Under the pieces are notes generated by a model, which was given only the letters and a program-made list of their open reading frames with translations, searched no databases and was not told where the DNA came from. A stretch of DNA of 64,000 nt from Podarcis melisellensis (taxonomy: Eukaryota): NCBI GenBank assembly GCA_964234715.1, contig OZ174285.1. One strand, written 5' to 3'. The translations under genes were made by a program, and so were the position numbers. This document shows positions 45,216-58,193 of this stretch, piece by piece. How positions within the stretch are numbered: position 1 is the first letter of the stretch; the number at the start of each line of letters is the position of its first letter.

Positions 45216-48200
45216 TCACATTCTAGCCACATTTTTCTCCAGTTGCAGAACAATTTCCTTCAAAGCTGGATCTTCTGCCCAATTGACCTCACTTCCAATA
45301 ATGAGATTCTGAAACAAAATCAGTTTGTTTAGTTTTTAAAGAAATACTTCAGATACTTCATGCTCCCAGTAGCAAATGGAACTCTCTTCAGGATGTCAAT
45401 ACTAAAAAAGGGAAAAAAATATGGGCTGATAAAAGAAAGTGGTCACACATCGTGCAAGTTATACGTTTGGTCATTCACAATCTATGCACAGAAATGTTAA
45501 TGTTTAATATATTAACTGTCAATAGATCACAAAATTCCCCAATAAATGTAGCTTTCTCATCAGTAAAGACATTCTTGCTAGTAGGACATAAATTGACTCA
45601 ATTTATATTTAGTACAGATCAAAATGATATAATCTGTCCTTCTCAGAGGCAGTTTTACCTGGAAGATGTTTTGAATCAATGTCGTCATCTCAATTTCCTT
45701 TTGCAGATTTCTACGGGCCTTCTTCAACATTTCACTCACTTCCATATTGTCCAGTTCCTCTTTTCGTTTCATTTTCATATTATGTATATCTGCCAGTTTG
45801 CAATCCATAGCTTGCTTTAGTGCTATTGAATTATGAGGAGAAAAATATGAAACTATGAGCTTGATCATTTCCCAAATCCTAGTGCTAGAAGAGGCTTTGT
45901 AGTGAGTGATTTATGACACGGTTTTAAAATAAAGAAATACAGTTGTACCTTGGTTGTCGAACACCCTGGAACTCATAAGTTTTGGCTCCCAAACACTGCA
46001 AACCCGGAAGTGATTGTTCTGGTTTGTGAATGTTCTTTTGGAACCCGAACGTCCAACAAGGCTTCTGGGGCTTGATTGGCTGCAGGAGCTTCCTGCAGCC
46101 AATCAGAAGCCATGATCTGGTTTTTGAACATTTTGGAAGTCAAACGGACTTCAGGAACGGATTCCATTCAAGTTCCAAGGTATGACTGTATGCCTCCATT
46201 CCACACACCATGCTTAAACCGTTAGAACTCTAAACACATGTAGAGTTTTATCCAATGCTGCTGCTTTGCGAGCAGAACAGACTTCCATCTGACACAATTT
46301 CAATTCCCTTTCCTTTTTCCCCCTCCTGCAGCCATCTGTGTACCTTCAAAAGCTGCTCCACAGGGTTGGGGAACCTTCCAGAGCAGATTTATGGGCATGC
46401 ATAGTATTAATACAACCAATAATGAGCTTTGTTTAGTCGTTTAGTCGTGTCCGACTCTTCGTGACCCCATGGACCAGAGAACGCCAGGCACCTCTGTCCT
46501 CCACTCCCTCCCGCAGTTTGGTCAAACTCATGCTGGTAATCTCGAAAACACTATCCAACCATCAGCTACAAAACACTTAAAGAAGCTACTACAATGCAAG
46601 TATTGCATTTCAACACTGTTTGTAAAAAGTAGCAAGTCAGCACTGAGTAGTGAACAAAAATCAAAGGTAAGTGATCTTATATAGTAAAAGCAAACTTTGA
46701 GTGGGGAGTGCCAGGCTGTTTAGAAGCAAACTGGACCGATGAAAAATCAAGGTACTGGTTTTTACATACTAAGGGGATTCCCCGTGTATGCAGAAGTATA
46801 TATTAAGTGTGCAAATAAAAACAAGCTCTGCTGATTCTACAAAAACTTAGTTTTGGAAGAAAGTGTGTACACTTTAAGGCAGGTCTGTGTGGGTGGGGGC
46901 AGCCAGGCCCACTTGCCCTGGGCATCGGAGGGCTAAGCTAGCCAAGGGGCCATCCAGACATGCTATCATGCCAAGAACACCCTGTGACAGACCGGGGACT
47001 TATTGGGTGAAACACCCATGCCTGTCCATATGCACTGCAAGGCTTTGATAATAAAATCTGGACCTGTGTTACTGCATACTAGGTCAGATTAGGTGTTGGC
47101 CTGTCTCACAGACAAGCCTCCCGCCCTGGGCTTCTGACAAGCTCTGCATGGACCTGTATTAAGGCCATAATATGGCTTAAGGTTCTTTTCTAAATGGGAT
47201 CATGAGAATACAGTCCTACCTTGGGTTGAAGTCACTTCAAGTTAAGCCTTTTCGGGTTGCGCTCCGTGGTGACCCAGAAGTAACGGAGCACGTTACTTCC
47301 AGGTTTTGCCGCTCGCGCATATGCTCAAAATGACGTCTTGCGCATGCGCGGAAGCGTCGAATCGCGACCCCCCCCCACAGACGGGCAGTCGTGGGTTGCG
47401 TTCGCTTCAGGATGTGAACGGGGCTCCGGAACGGATCCCATTTGCATCCTGAGGTACCACTGTATGAGTAAAGCAAGCGGCAGTAATCATCCAGTAAAAC
47501 CAGAATTGGAGTAGTTAACGGAAAGCTTTGTGGGGATGCTTACCTATTTCTGTTATTGTTCTTGAATGCCCACAGAAAGAAGTCTTAGCGCCTGTGTAAT
47601 TGCACACAATGCTACTGTGATGTGGCCTTTATACTGTTCTTGGGGCACCTTCCTTACCACACCCCTTTTGCACTAACCACCGAACTGACTATCCATGAGA
47701 ATTTATAATGTGCACATCCATCATTGGGTGGAATGATAATGTTTCCAACACACACTCATTTTCATGGCACACCACCTTTATAAGATACAAAAGGGAAACT
47801 GATATTTCACTACGGTTAAAAAACTTACATTGTCTTCTCTGCTTAACTTCATTCAATTTTTCTTCCAGTTCACGAGACTGCTATATTAAAAAAGCAGTTC
47901 ATTAATATATTTTGTAAAAAATATCTAATCCGGTTGTCAGAGTAATACTTGTTGGCATCCTTCTACCTCGAGAGACAATGGAGTGCTCTTCCAGAGGTGA
48001 AGTCAAAACACTGAGTTAGCAGCACCAAAGTGACCTCCCTGGGGCATAAGCCTGAGAAGTGTATGGAGGTCCTGGGATGCCCAGATGACAAGACTGCCCC
48101 CTCTTGGCCTCGCTGCTGTGGTCCAAAGGAAAGCAGATAAATATATTTGGCACCAACTTGGCTGCAGGAGTTGCCAGAAGGTGGTGTACAAGATGCCATC

Positions 48201-51200
48201 CAACCACCTTAAGGACTCCATTCCAGATTTGTGTAGGGTTTACTCCTTAGGATTTTCTTCTCCTGAAGATGTCCCACAAGGCAGTAGAGGTTTGGGATCA
48301 GTTTTCCTCCTCCTACATGGACTACCTTCCCAGATAAGCCCCATCTGCCACTCACTTCTCTATATAGCCTGTGCAGAAACCAACTTCTGGAACATTGGAC
48401 CCACTATTGGTCTCATCCACTCAATCTGCCGAAACCTGTCTTCACATATTCGGAAGTCCCTTTTTCACTGATGGTTTAAGACCCATTGGCTCCCCTCACC
48501 TGGTTTAGCTGGCCAGTCAAAGCCATTCCCAGGGTGTGGCTACTGTTGCATGCTGACAACTTTTAGGAGCCACAGGTGTAGGGTGGGGACCAAAGGTGGA
48601 CAAGCTACCCTGAAAAGAGCACAATGTGTCCCCCCCACTACCCCCCTGACACCCCAAAGTAATACTGTAACTGTGAATATTAACTTTAGCACTTTTTTTC
48701 TTCAGAGAAAGGGTAGTATGTAAACACAGTAACTTTTTTAAGTACAGCTACACTTGTATCTACCATGGGTTGCAAATATATCTTTTCTAGACAACGAGCC
48801 TTAACGTTTTAACAGAAAGGATACTTGCCTGCTTTAATTTAATTACTGCAGTACTAAGCATCATAATGTGTTTTATAGTCTCCCCGATCAACCTAATGAA
48901 AGCATAAACAGAAATCAGCATGACCCTGAGGCCCATACAATCAAATCAAACCTATATGCAAATGCACTTAAACAGAAGCCTGATGCCCTTCTTCTAAGAA
49001 AAGCATATATAAGGACATATAAAGTTGTCTCATGTTAAGGAAGACCACTGGTCCACCTAGCACAGTACTGTTTACACTGACTGGCAATGGCTCTTCAGGG
49101 TTTCAGATAGGGGACATTCCCAGCAAAGCATGCAAAGCTCTACCACTGAACTACAGCCCTTTCTCTTTGGTATGGAGTGATTTGGAGTGAATATGCAGTG
49201 TTGGATTAAGCTGCTTAATTCTTTCCCTGGCTGTGGTTTTCTACTGTAAATCCCCCCTTCCCACATTGTTCTATTCCCTACAGAGTTTCAAATGTGTTTC
49301 CCACAGGGGGAGTTGCAGCAGAAAGCAGTGGCCAAAGATTAAGCAGCCCCCATACTGCTATTTCTCTCCAAATCATCCCATCCCAAAGTGCTAGTATTTT
49401 TGGTGTGCATTTTGTGTGCAGCATTTCATTTGGTCCTTAGATTACACCAGGGCTGCAGAACTCTGAGTCTTCCAGGTGTTGGCCAATTCCCATCAACCAG
49501 GATAGCCGATAGTCAGGGATTATGGAAAATATATTTTGGACTCTTGGTTAAGACTTTATTGACACATTTCCCTGCAATATGACCCAGCCTTGTATGTTTT
49601 ACTGAACATAACATACACTTTTATTCCGTATTTTATGTTATATTATATCATATTGATTTTCTTGCTTTGGTGCCTAGATATCTATGTTGCGTGGTGTAGA
49701 AACTGATAAGTAAACAAAAACAAACAAACGTAGTCTAACATCATCTGGAGGGCCACAGATTCCCCATCCTTGGTTTAAATCTATTCACAGACTCAATTTA
49801 AGTGAAGGCAGTTTGACTTCAATTCACTTTTCTCTAACAAAAAGTTGAAAACTGCCTGCACCAGATCAGGTCTAAAAGCCAGGTGATGGGGGTATTTCTA
49901 ATGGCCAAATATTCATATATCAAGATATCTGTCTTCGGCTTTTACTAGTACTTCTATGTGTGTATTATGCCAGCTAAGCATGCAACACACCTGGGCATCA
50001 AGATATTCATCTGCAGCTGCAGCAAGTTGCAAGCAGCGAAAAACAACAATAAAAAGCAGTATTTAGAGAAAAAGTCTCAAAAGTACATGTTATGGCACCA
50101 GCACCTGTGTGTTGTAATGCAGATTTGGTCAAGTTCCTATGAAGCAAAGGGGCTGGAGCCATTTAAAAACCAGGGTGGGGACAACAGCATGCTAGACCGC
50201 CCACTTTTTTATTGTCCATGTTTTCCCCTCTTCAGCTGTTTTCTTCCTAGGGGAGTTACTTTCACTGTTATGACTTCCCTGTGAGAAACTGCCAAAACAT
50301 GTTATGGGGAGGTAAATGACATAGGCGCTTACTCTAAGTGGACGCTGCCCAACAACCAACCAACCAACCAAAAACAAAAGCAGCAGCTGCCTTCTATAAA
50401 AATCAGCAACAGCACAATTCTAAGGAACAGGTTTGCTGAGATCACAGCTAATTTTAACCTGATTCTAGTTTTAAACTGTATCCCAGTTGTAGTTAAATGG
50501 AACCACAGTATGAGAATTTTACAAAGGACTAAAATAGGGCATTGCAACAGCTGATTTAAACCAAATATAAGGGACTAGAAATTTCATCTAGGAATATCAG
50601 TTGTCTAACCAGAGTGCCTTTCTGAAATATACTATTATCCACAGAAGCAGTATTTAAATATCAATTCCATAGTCATTAAACAAGCTACAAATACTCTTGT
50701 CGGTTAAATAATTCAGTTTAAATAACTCCTTGGACTTTCAAATCCCCTTACTTTAAGTTGTCATCATTGTTCCTCAGCTTGGTTCTAAGTGCATCATTTA
50801 CTTGCAACCTATACAGTTAAAAAGAAGAAAAGTAAGATGTGTTCTGAGGAAATGCATAACAGTATGTCTAGGACATTCATAGAAGAAATAAGAACTGGAT
50901 TCTAAGAAATTTTTTTCTGCTTTCATATACACATTTCCATGAACAAGTGATGCACCATAACTTACTGGCTAAACATTACACATCACATCAGAGTATTTCA
51001 AAGATCAAGATGTGTATGAAACTTTGTATAGTAAGGAACCTTGTGTTTGTATTTCTGATGAAATTCCAATAATATATTTTATTTCAATTAGTGGTTAAGC
51101 TGTTTCATGTGCTAAATGCATAGCTGTCAACCGTCCCTTATTTGGCAGGAAAGTCCCTTATCCCAGCGCTGCGTCACGGCGCTGTCCCTTATTGATGGAT

Positions 51201-54200
51201 GTCCCTCAAATGATGTCCCTTAAATTTCAAAGGAAGCAGCTCCTCTCCCTCCCTCCCTGCCAGCCAGGGAGGAGGGAGGCTCCAACTGTGTTGCTTGGCT
51301 GCGTTGCTCACCCAATAAGGAATCTAAGAACGACTGGGGGGGTGGAGCTTGCATGCCTTGTGCCGATGAAATTGGCCGCGTTGCCTGGGGACTCGCCTTT
51401 GCTCAGCGCTTCGCAGCAAAGAGGTGACGGTGGTTTTCCTTGCTGCATCCCCTTTGCCAGGTTGCTGCGCTGTGGGAACCACCGCTTGAGGCTTCGTTTG
51501 GCTGCTGGCTGGGCTTTCTGCCTTTGGCTGGGAGGGGCTCAGAAGTTGAACATAGCTGTGCTCTGAAAATCCCTTATTCTGGCGGCTGATCCCTTATTTT
51601 TGAGGCTGCTGGTCCCTTATTTTCAAATCTGTAAGTTGACAGCTATAGCTAAATGGCATAGGTTTTATTTATATATTCACTAAACCATTAAACCATTTTT
51701 TAAAAAGAAGCAGACATATATGAAGTTCAATAGAAAGCAGCTGCAGAGTAAAAAGTTGTCTAATGCTCAATTTTGTAAAGCATAAAAATTACTATTAAGT
51801 AATTTCACATATGTAACTTTGCTGCACAATCAAGCACCGAGTTGGATGCACAAGCCCATTAATTTCAGTGGATCTTGATTCCACATAACATTTGCTGGAT
51901 TGTGGCTTGGATTTTTTAATTTCCATGTGGTACGAATCTGACCAAACAAGCCATCCCTGTGGTAACAGACACAGTATATTTTTAATTCCTCCAATCTACA
52001 TTAGTTCTTCATTCATGTCCTATGTTATACTTCAACTTTTCAGAAAGATTGAATCTTTACCTTTGTAATGCCAAAGTTTTGTGTCTGTGTGATAGCTTCA
52101 CTTCTTCCAATTCCCCTTCCAAGTCTTCTATTGTACTAAGAGCAAAAGAAAACTCAGGTAAACAGAAACCAAGGATCAGGTGATCTGAAACGTATATTTC
52201 TTAGGAGGTGATTCTTTTATCAATTTTTTCTAACAACTGGAGAAGTTTTTAACACATTTTCCTAGTTACTGATGTTTGAAAAGCAATATTGCTCTGCTCA
52301 GATATTGGTCCTTACTCTTTCTGCAAGTTGCATTGGGAACTTGGAGATGTAGAACAGCAAGTAGATATGTAATGCTAAAATTATTCATATAATGATATCT
52401 GCTCCTCCTCCGCATTTAATGTAACATCTGTGTTGCCAGCATTATTGGGTGGGAAAGCTTTCTGAGACCATGCCACACAAGCACGTAACTTGTTATTGGA
52501 TGCAGCATTCAGCATACAGATTTCAACTTCCTTTGAGAAATTAATCCATTTTCTAGACCCCAAGGCTATGAAACAAGGTTGGTGGGTGGACAATACAGGG
52601 GAAGGGATTGAGCAGAATTTCTCAGACAGGCAGTGGAGCATTAACACCATGGACAGCTTGTTGCTCTTCTTGATTACAAGGGGCAAACATACAAAATATG
52701 CGGAAAACCATTTACACAATTTAAAGTGGCCACAGAACTTCCAGTTTATTTTTTTAACATGGTCTGAGCGCAATGAACAAAACCACAACAAGCTGCTTAT
52801 CCCATTTACCTTGCTTTCACACACATTCCCTTGGAGATACATCCCACTGAAATAAGTACAGTTTACTTCCAACTATGTTTGTTAAGGGTAAACAATTTTA
52901 AAGCTTGCCATTTAAACTCAGAACAAGCATAAATATATTTTAGACACTTTTAAACACAAGCCTGATAGTTTATAAATACTACAACATTTTCAGTTATTTT
53001 GTTAAACCACAGATAATTCTGCAAATAGAAATGAACTAGAATATGCAACATGTAAAGAGATACAAGTGAATGCTTCATACCCATTTCCTCCTTACAAATA
53101 TAACATCGCCGTTAGTCCTTTTTCTTTTGCATAGAGCACAAAAGTAAGTTTTTGCTTGTTTGAACTGTTTGTGGGGGAAAACCATGGAAACATCATAGTA
53201 GCATATTCATTAATAAGTTATGATGACATACCTCACAATGGCTTTTTCATCAATAACTTGATCCGTAATGATTTCTTCATCTGTCACATAAAAGATGAAT
53301 ATGTTAGAAGTAACTGAAAAACACTCCCCCCCCCCCAAGAGGAACATGCCAATATAGTATAGTAAGTTTCAAAACACCAGTTCATAGGATTATACATCAC
53401 AAAGAGAAATAAAGTCCTCAAGAGACTTCATACTGGTATTTACTTTCTAAACAAGGGCTTATCAAATAACTTTACATGTTTGTACTGTATTTTTTATTTA
53501 GCAATATATAAACATAAGATTTTTTTTATTTTTCACAATGGTAGTCACACACTTACTTGCATTAACTGTTGCATTATATTCCAAAAGTTGTTGCTTTATT
53601 TGTTCTCTTACTCTACATAGTAAAAAACAAATTAAGAGAAAAAAATCAAAAGAGTGGATCTGGTAGCAGTTTATAGAAAATTTATCTTGTTTACATATGA
53701 ATTAATAGCACCCACCTTTTATCTGATACTGAAATCAAAGACAGGAGCATTCTGATCAGCATTTTAAAGGAGGAGCTGGGTATGTCTTTAGAAAGACCCA
53801 ATCTTCAGATGAATGGCAGTATACAAATTTAATAATAATAATAAATTAACACCCTGAAAGGATCTTGCTTCTCCCATTACCACAACCTTAGATTCCAGAA
53901 GAAGTCAGCCATGACACACTCTCTGCCTTTGCAGCCTGCAGCCTCTCTCCCAACTTCTCATTCACATAACTGAATTTTCAACTATGGCCTTTTACTTTTA
54001 CCTAACTAATCAGGGAGGGAGGCCCACCCATTTGGCCTCTGGCACAGAGCCATTCCCTTTGTTCTCTTAATGAATCATAATTAGCTGGCCTGGGCTCAAG
54101 CATAGTCTACCACTTGAAACTCATAACCTATAATGCGAGGGTGTGTGGGTGCCATTGAGGTTGGTCTGGAAGCTGCAGCTAATGCAAAACACAATGGCTC

Positions 54201-55551
54201 AACTAGCTGTAATGTCAATACAGCTGGACAAAGCCCAATACAGCCTAGAACCATAATCCCTAAAATATAATCTTATCCCTTTATGCCCAGCCTATGACTG
54301 CACTCTGAAGGAGAGGGTTTCTTACAGATAACATATCCTCAGGAGGCCTGCTCCATGTAATGTAGAAATTGGGGCTTTAGAGTGGCAGCACCTACTCTTT
54401 GGAACTCCCTCCCACTGTGTATCAGATGCTGCCTCTATAGTCTTTTGAAGACTTTCCTTTTCCCACCAACCTCTTACGGGTAGATTTTTGTTTTGTATTG
54501 GACCCGAAGTTTTTTTAATTTATGTTTTCACCGTTAAATCGCTTCAGGCCACAGAATTATAAAGTTGGGCAGGATCCCGAGGGTCATCTAGTCCAACCCC
54601 CTGCAATGCAGGAATCCTGCCCACAGCCATCCCCGGGTGGGCTGAAACCACTAACCTTCTGGTTAACAGCTAGATGCACAAACCCATTGCACAGACCTGG
54701 GTACTTTAATAAATAACTAGGTAAAGGTAAAGGGACCCCTGACCATTAGGTCCATTCGTGGCCGACTCTGGGGTTGCGGCGCTCATCTTGCTTTATTGAC
54801 TAAGGGAGCTGGCGTACAGCTTTCGGGTCATGTGGCCAGCTCGACTAAGCCGTGAACCAGAGCAGTGAACGGAAACACCGTTTACCTTCCCGCCGGAGTG
54901 GTACCTATTTATCTACTTGCCCTTTGACGTGCTTTTGAACTGTCGTGGGGATTCGAACCACCAACCTTCTGATTGGCAAGTCCTAGGCTCTATGGTTTAA
55001 CCCACAGCGCCACCCGTGTCCCAATAAATAACTACATATGCACAATTAAGGTTTACATGCTCCCAATGCATTTCTTTGGTCTTTCTAAATAATATTATAG
55101 AGGTGGCATAGAAATTCAAATCTACCGTGACTGGAAACAGCAAATGCGACAGTTTGGAGGTGGGGGGGGGCGTGTTTGTGCGTGGGTGTTTGTAGAGAGG
55201 GCAGGGGTGCCAACATGAATACAATATTTTTTGGGGGGGAGGCATAAGCGATCACACGACGTGGCGCACGTTTACTATTTGAATGGCAATGCCCATCAAC
55301 TTTAGGGGGGCAGCCCCTTCAAATATTTTATGGGGGAGCGAAGGGCGTTGGCTCCTATGAGAGGGAGTGTGAGTGTTTCTCTGTTGAGACTCGCCCGACA
55401 CCAATACCCAGAGAGGGCCTGACCTTAAAAGCGACACCAGGTCCAGCTTCTCCTGCCCCTCCTCGCCCACGAGCCGTCGGGTTTCTTCTGATGTCTCTTC
55501 AACGAAGCCGTCGAGAGGAGCCGCCGCCGCCGCCGCCTCCCTTGTTTCCAT
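45216..55551 (-). CDS. CENPH: Centromere protein H, 9 exons, 245 aa
   Basis: Exons 55424-55551, 53557-53612, 53232-53280, 52061-52135, 50752-50808, 48829-48892 (GC donor), 47829-47880, 45659-45822, 45216-45308; 738 nt in frame. Coiled coil ending in QNIFQNLIIGSEVNWAEDPALKEIVLQLE; syntenic. Confidence 0.93.
45940..46188. mobile_element. Tc1/mariner-type MITE
   Basis: TA|CAGTTGTACCTTGG...CCAAGGTATGACTG|TA; central palindrome gattggctgcagga/tcctgcagccaatc. Confidence 0.8.
46428..46563 (-). mobile_element. BovB 3' end fragment
   Basis: Reverse complement matches about 4170-4305 of the BovB copy. Confidence 0.85.
47211..47462. mobile_element. Tc1/mariner-type MITE
   Basis: TA|CAGTCCTACC...GGTACCACTG|TA termini; CpG-rich interior. 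Confidence 0.75.
51119..51647. mobile_element. hAT non-autonomous element
   Basis: TIRs ATAGCTGTCAAC / GTTGACAGCTAT; perfect 8-bp TSD GCTAAATG (51111-18 and 51648-55); repeated subterminal TCCCTTAT motifs. Confidence 0.88.
54550..54700 (-). mobile_element. tRNA-headed, CR1-tailed SINE (Squam-like), degenerate
   Basis: 'agaattataaagttggg...gtcatctagtccaaccccctgcaa' tail, as at 12578. Confidence 0.5.
54720..55022 (+). mobile_element. Sauria SINE with internal deletions
   Basis: Family sequence; TSD AATAAATAACTA at 54708-19 and 55023-34. Confidence 0.88.
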
Positions 55552-55614
55552 TCCAGCAGCAGCAGCGCCCAGCCAGGCCCGCTTCCCTCGCGCAACTCCC
55601 TCCCTCCCCTCTGT

Positions 55615-55629
55615 TTCAAAAGGCCCGCC
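55615..55629 (-). promoter_or_regulatory. CDE/CHR tandem element of the CENPH promoter
   Basis: Minus strand GGCGG-GCCT-TTTGAA: canonical CDE, 4-nt spacer and CHR, 64 nt upstream of the ATG in a CpG island. Confidence 0.8.
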
Positions 55630-56137
55630 GCCTCAGCCTTACGTCACGGTCCCGAGGGAGCGCGGTGATCGATTGCTCTTGCCTGAGATAAGCCGCACTC
55701 CCAGCTCCGAACGAAATCCGAAGACGCTCTACCTTCCGGCCTGGTGGGCCACGCCTTCCAGCTTTAATGGGCGTGCCGAAGAAAGCTCCTCTTCAAGGGG
55801 GCGGGGCGTCAAGTGCGTGGAGTCGCCTTTGCACCCCGCCGGAGGGGGAAGAGGTTTTTTCGGGGGCCATCATTTTATTAATTACTACTACTACTACAGC
55901 TACAGCGTTAGGTCCTCTCTCGCGCAGACATACATAATAAAACAAAGAAAAATGGGTAAAGGACGGCGGTCGGTTATAAACCAACTAAAACAAGAGGCGG
56001 GGCTTTACGCTGCAATCCTGAACACATTTACACCTTGCATTTCGTGGAACTGGTGAATTTAGGCTTGCAGTGTTAAGATGAGAAAATAAAAAATTGTCCA
56101 GTAGCACCTTATGGACGTACTAAGTTTGTTCTGGGTA

Positions 56138-56355
56138 CAGTGGTACCTCGGGTTACAGACGCTTCAGGTTACAGACTCCGCTAACCCAGAAACAGTACCT
56201 CGGGTTAAGAACTTTGCTTCAGGATGAGAACCAAAATCGTGCAGCGGCGGCAGCAGGAGGCCCTATTAGCTAAAGTGGTGCTTCAGGTTAAGAACAGTTT
56301 CAGGTTAAGAACGAACCTCCGGAATGAATTAAGTACTTAACCCGAGGTACCACTG
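56138..56355. mobile_element. Tc1/mariner-type MITE nested in a Penelope-like terminal-repeat remnant (~56088-56390)
   Basis: TA|CAGTGGTACCTCGGGTTA...TAACCCGAGGTACCACTG|TA; the flanks rejoin into the family seen at 18975-19131. Confidence 0.85.
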
Positions 56356-56659
56356 TATAAGCTTTCGTGTGCATGCACACTTCAGATACAGTGAAGCAGA
56401 AGTCACCAGACCTCTATAGTCTTTTGGCGATCACTCCTAGCTGAGTAAGATTGTCTTCCATATACACGGTTCTAACAATGAGTCCTTAAGTGACTGTGGA
56501 GGCCAATTCTGGATCCACACGTCCTTCCACATTGGGGACGTTGGTTTCCTGACATGAAGTTGATCACGGTATGGATTTGCCAAGCGTTGACCTATACATA
56601 AGGGTAGGGTGATAGCTGGAGAATTGATGCTTTTAAAAAATATATATATTAAGGATTTT

Positions 56660-56815
56660 CTTGCTTTTGAATTATGGTGCTGGAGGAGACTCTTGAGAGT
56701 CCCATGGACTGCAAAAAGATCAAACCTATCCATTCTGAAGGAAATCAGCCCTGAGTGCTCACTGGAAGAACAGATCCTGAAGCTGAGGCTCAAATACTTT
56801 GGCCACCTCGTGAGA
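56660..56815 (+). mobile_element. BovB internal fragment
   Basis: AFELWCWRRLLRVPWTAKRSNLSILKEI; near-identical to about 3943-4097. Confidence 0.85.
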
Positions 56816-58087
56816 AACAGCCAGTTTCTTAGTAGGATTTAAACAGAAGCAGGATGGGCTTACTAAAGCTTAGTAATACCTTAAAGCTTACTATACCTTA
56901 GCATCTGCCAAGACTGACCTATACCATAGGTGACCATGTTTATTGTTTTTAACAACAGCTGCAGCTATCTTGTGTTTACACAAATTCAAGTGTGCAATAC
57001 CCTCCCTTTCGCCTGACTGAACTGGAATTATTTCCAATCAAGCAGTGTAATTGCAGTAGTGCTCTTCCCAAGATCTTGCAAATTTGTGACCATGAATCCT
57101 TACTAGCATGCTTGAGTTGCTGTGAACATCAGAATCAATTTTTCCCCCCACCACACCCAACTGCAGGAATAGCACACGTTGCACCTGGCTCAGATAAATT
57201 GAAGTCACTCAAAATGATTGCACCAATTCACATAGGCAGCCATTTCCCTTCCTTTTCAGCATGGCTTGCTGCTTTTAAAGTGACAGAACCCTACTAAAGT
57301 TGACTAGCTTCAAGCTAACCTTCCCCAATCAAATTTTTTTATTAAACTTTCACCAGACTCTGGAAGCTACAGTATGAAACACCCCAAGCAATTAATTATA
57401 AATTCAAATAATAAAAACTACGGTATATCTTACCTGTCCTCTCCAGAAAACCCAACTTGTAAGGCCTGAGCTGACAGTTATAATTTCTCTATAGCCCCCC
57501 CCTTTTTTGCATTAGCTAAAACAATGTTAATTTAAAAGTGTGTTGTTATTCCTTCAGAAGTGCTGCTGCAACAAATATTGAAGTTTAAAAACTACACTAA
57601 TAGGAGGGAAGGAAGGCCTTACATTCCAGGTACCAGAGACTGATCTACACGTCAAGCAGTCATGGCTCATTTTATGTTCCATGTACCTGTGATTACATTT
57701 GATTTCCACTTGTGTCCAAATAGCAGCTTGGTCATCCTAACAAGAGTCTCTGATAGAGGACAGCAATAAAATAGACTTTAAAAGAACAGGAAGAGTTTGA
57801 CTTAGAAGTCGCTCTCACAACTCACTTTTTTCCTGCAGACAAAAGCAACCTAAAAGTCTAGCCAAATTGGCAAACAATTATAAAAGTATGCTTTGGGGAA
57901 ACCAATCAGCTGCTTTTTAGTAAAGTTTGCTCATGTATGCTCCATTGTGCTAAAGAACATGCAACCATCTTCTTACCGAGAAGCCAAAGATTTATAGCTT
58001 AAAATTATAGGCTGCCTTTGTGAATCAATAACTCACTAGCTAATCTGCAATTCAGCAATTTCAATTAGACCATGACAAGCAGGTTAA

Positions 58088-58140
58088 AGTAAAAAAGAAG
58101 TTTATTAAAACTTTTATAACCACTATATTTATAATATACA
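58088..58140 (-). promoter_or_regulatory. CCNB1 3' UTR: PBE, CPE overlapping the AAUAAA hexamer, downstream CPE-like element
   Basis: Minus strand: TGTATATT (58133-40), TTTTAATAAA (58101-10), TTTTACT after the hexamer. Confidence 0.75.
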
Positions 58141-58193
58141 CACACTTAAGTAGCAACACACGGTGTCAACTTTGTCCAACAGTTAAATTAGGT

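Noticed and set aside
47950-48640. Probable old non-LTR repeat in CENPH intron 6
   Set aside because: Looks repeat-derived, but family and boundaries could not be supported without a search.
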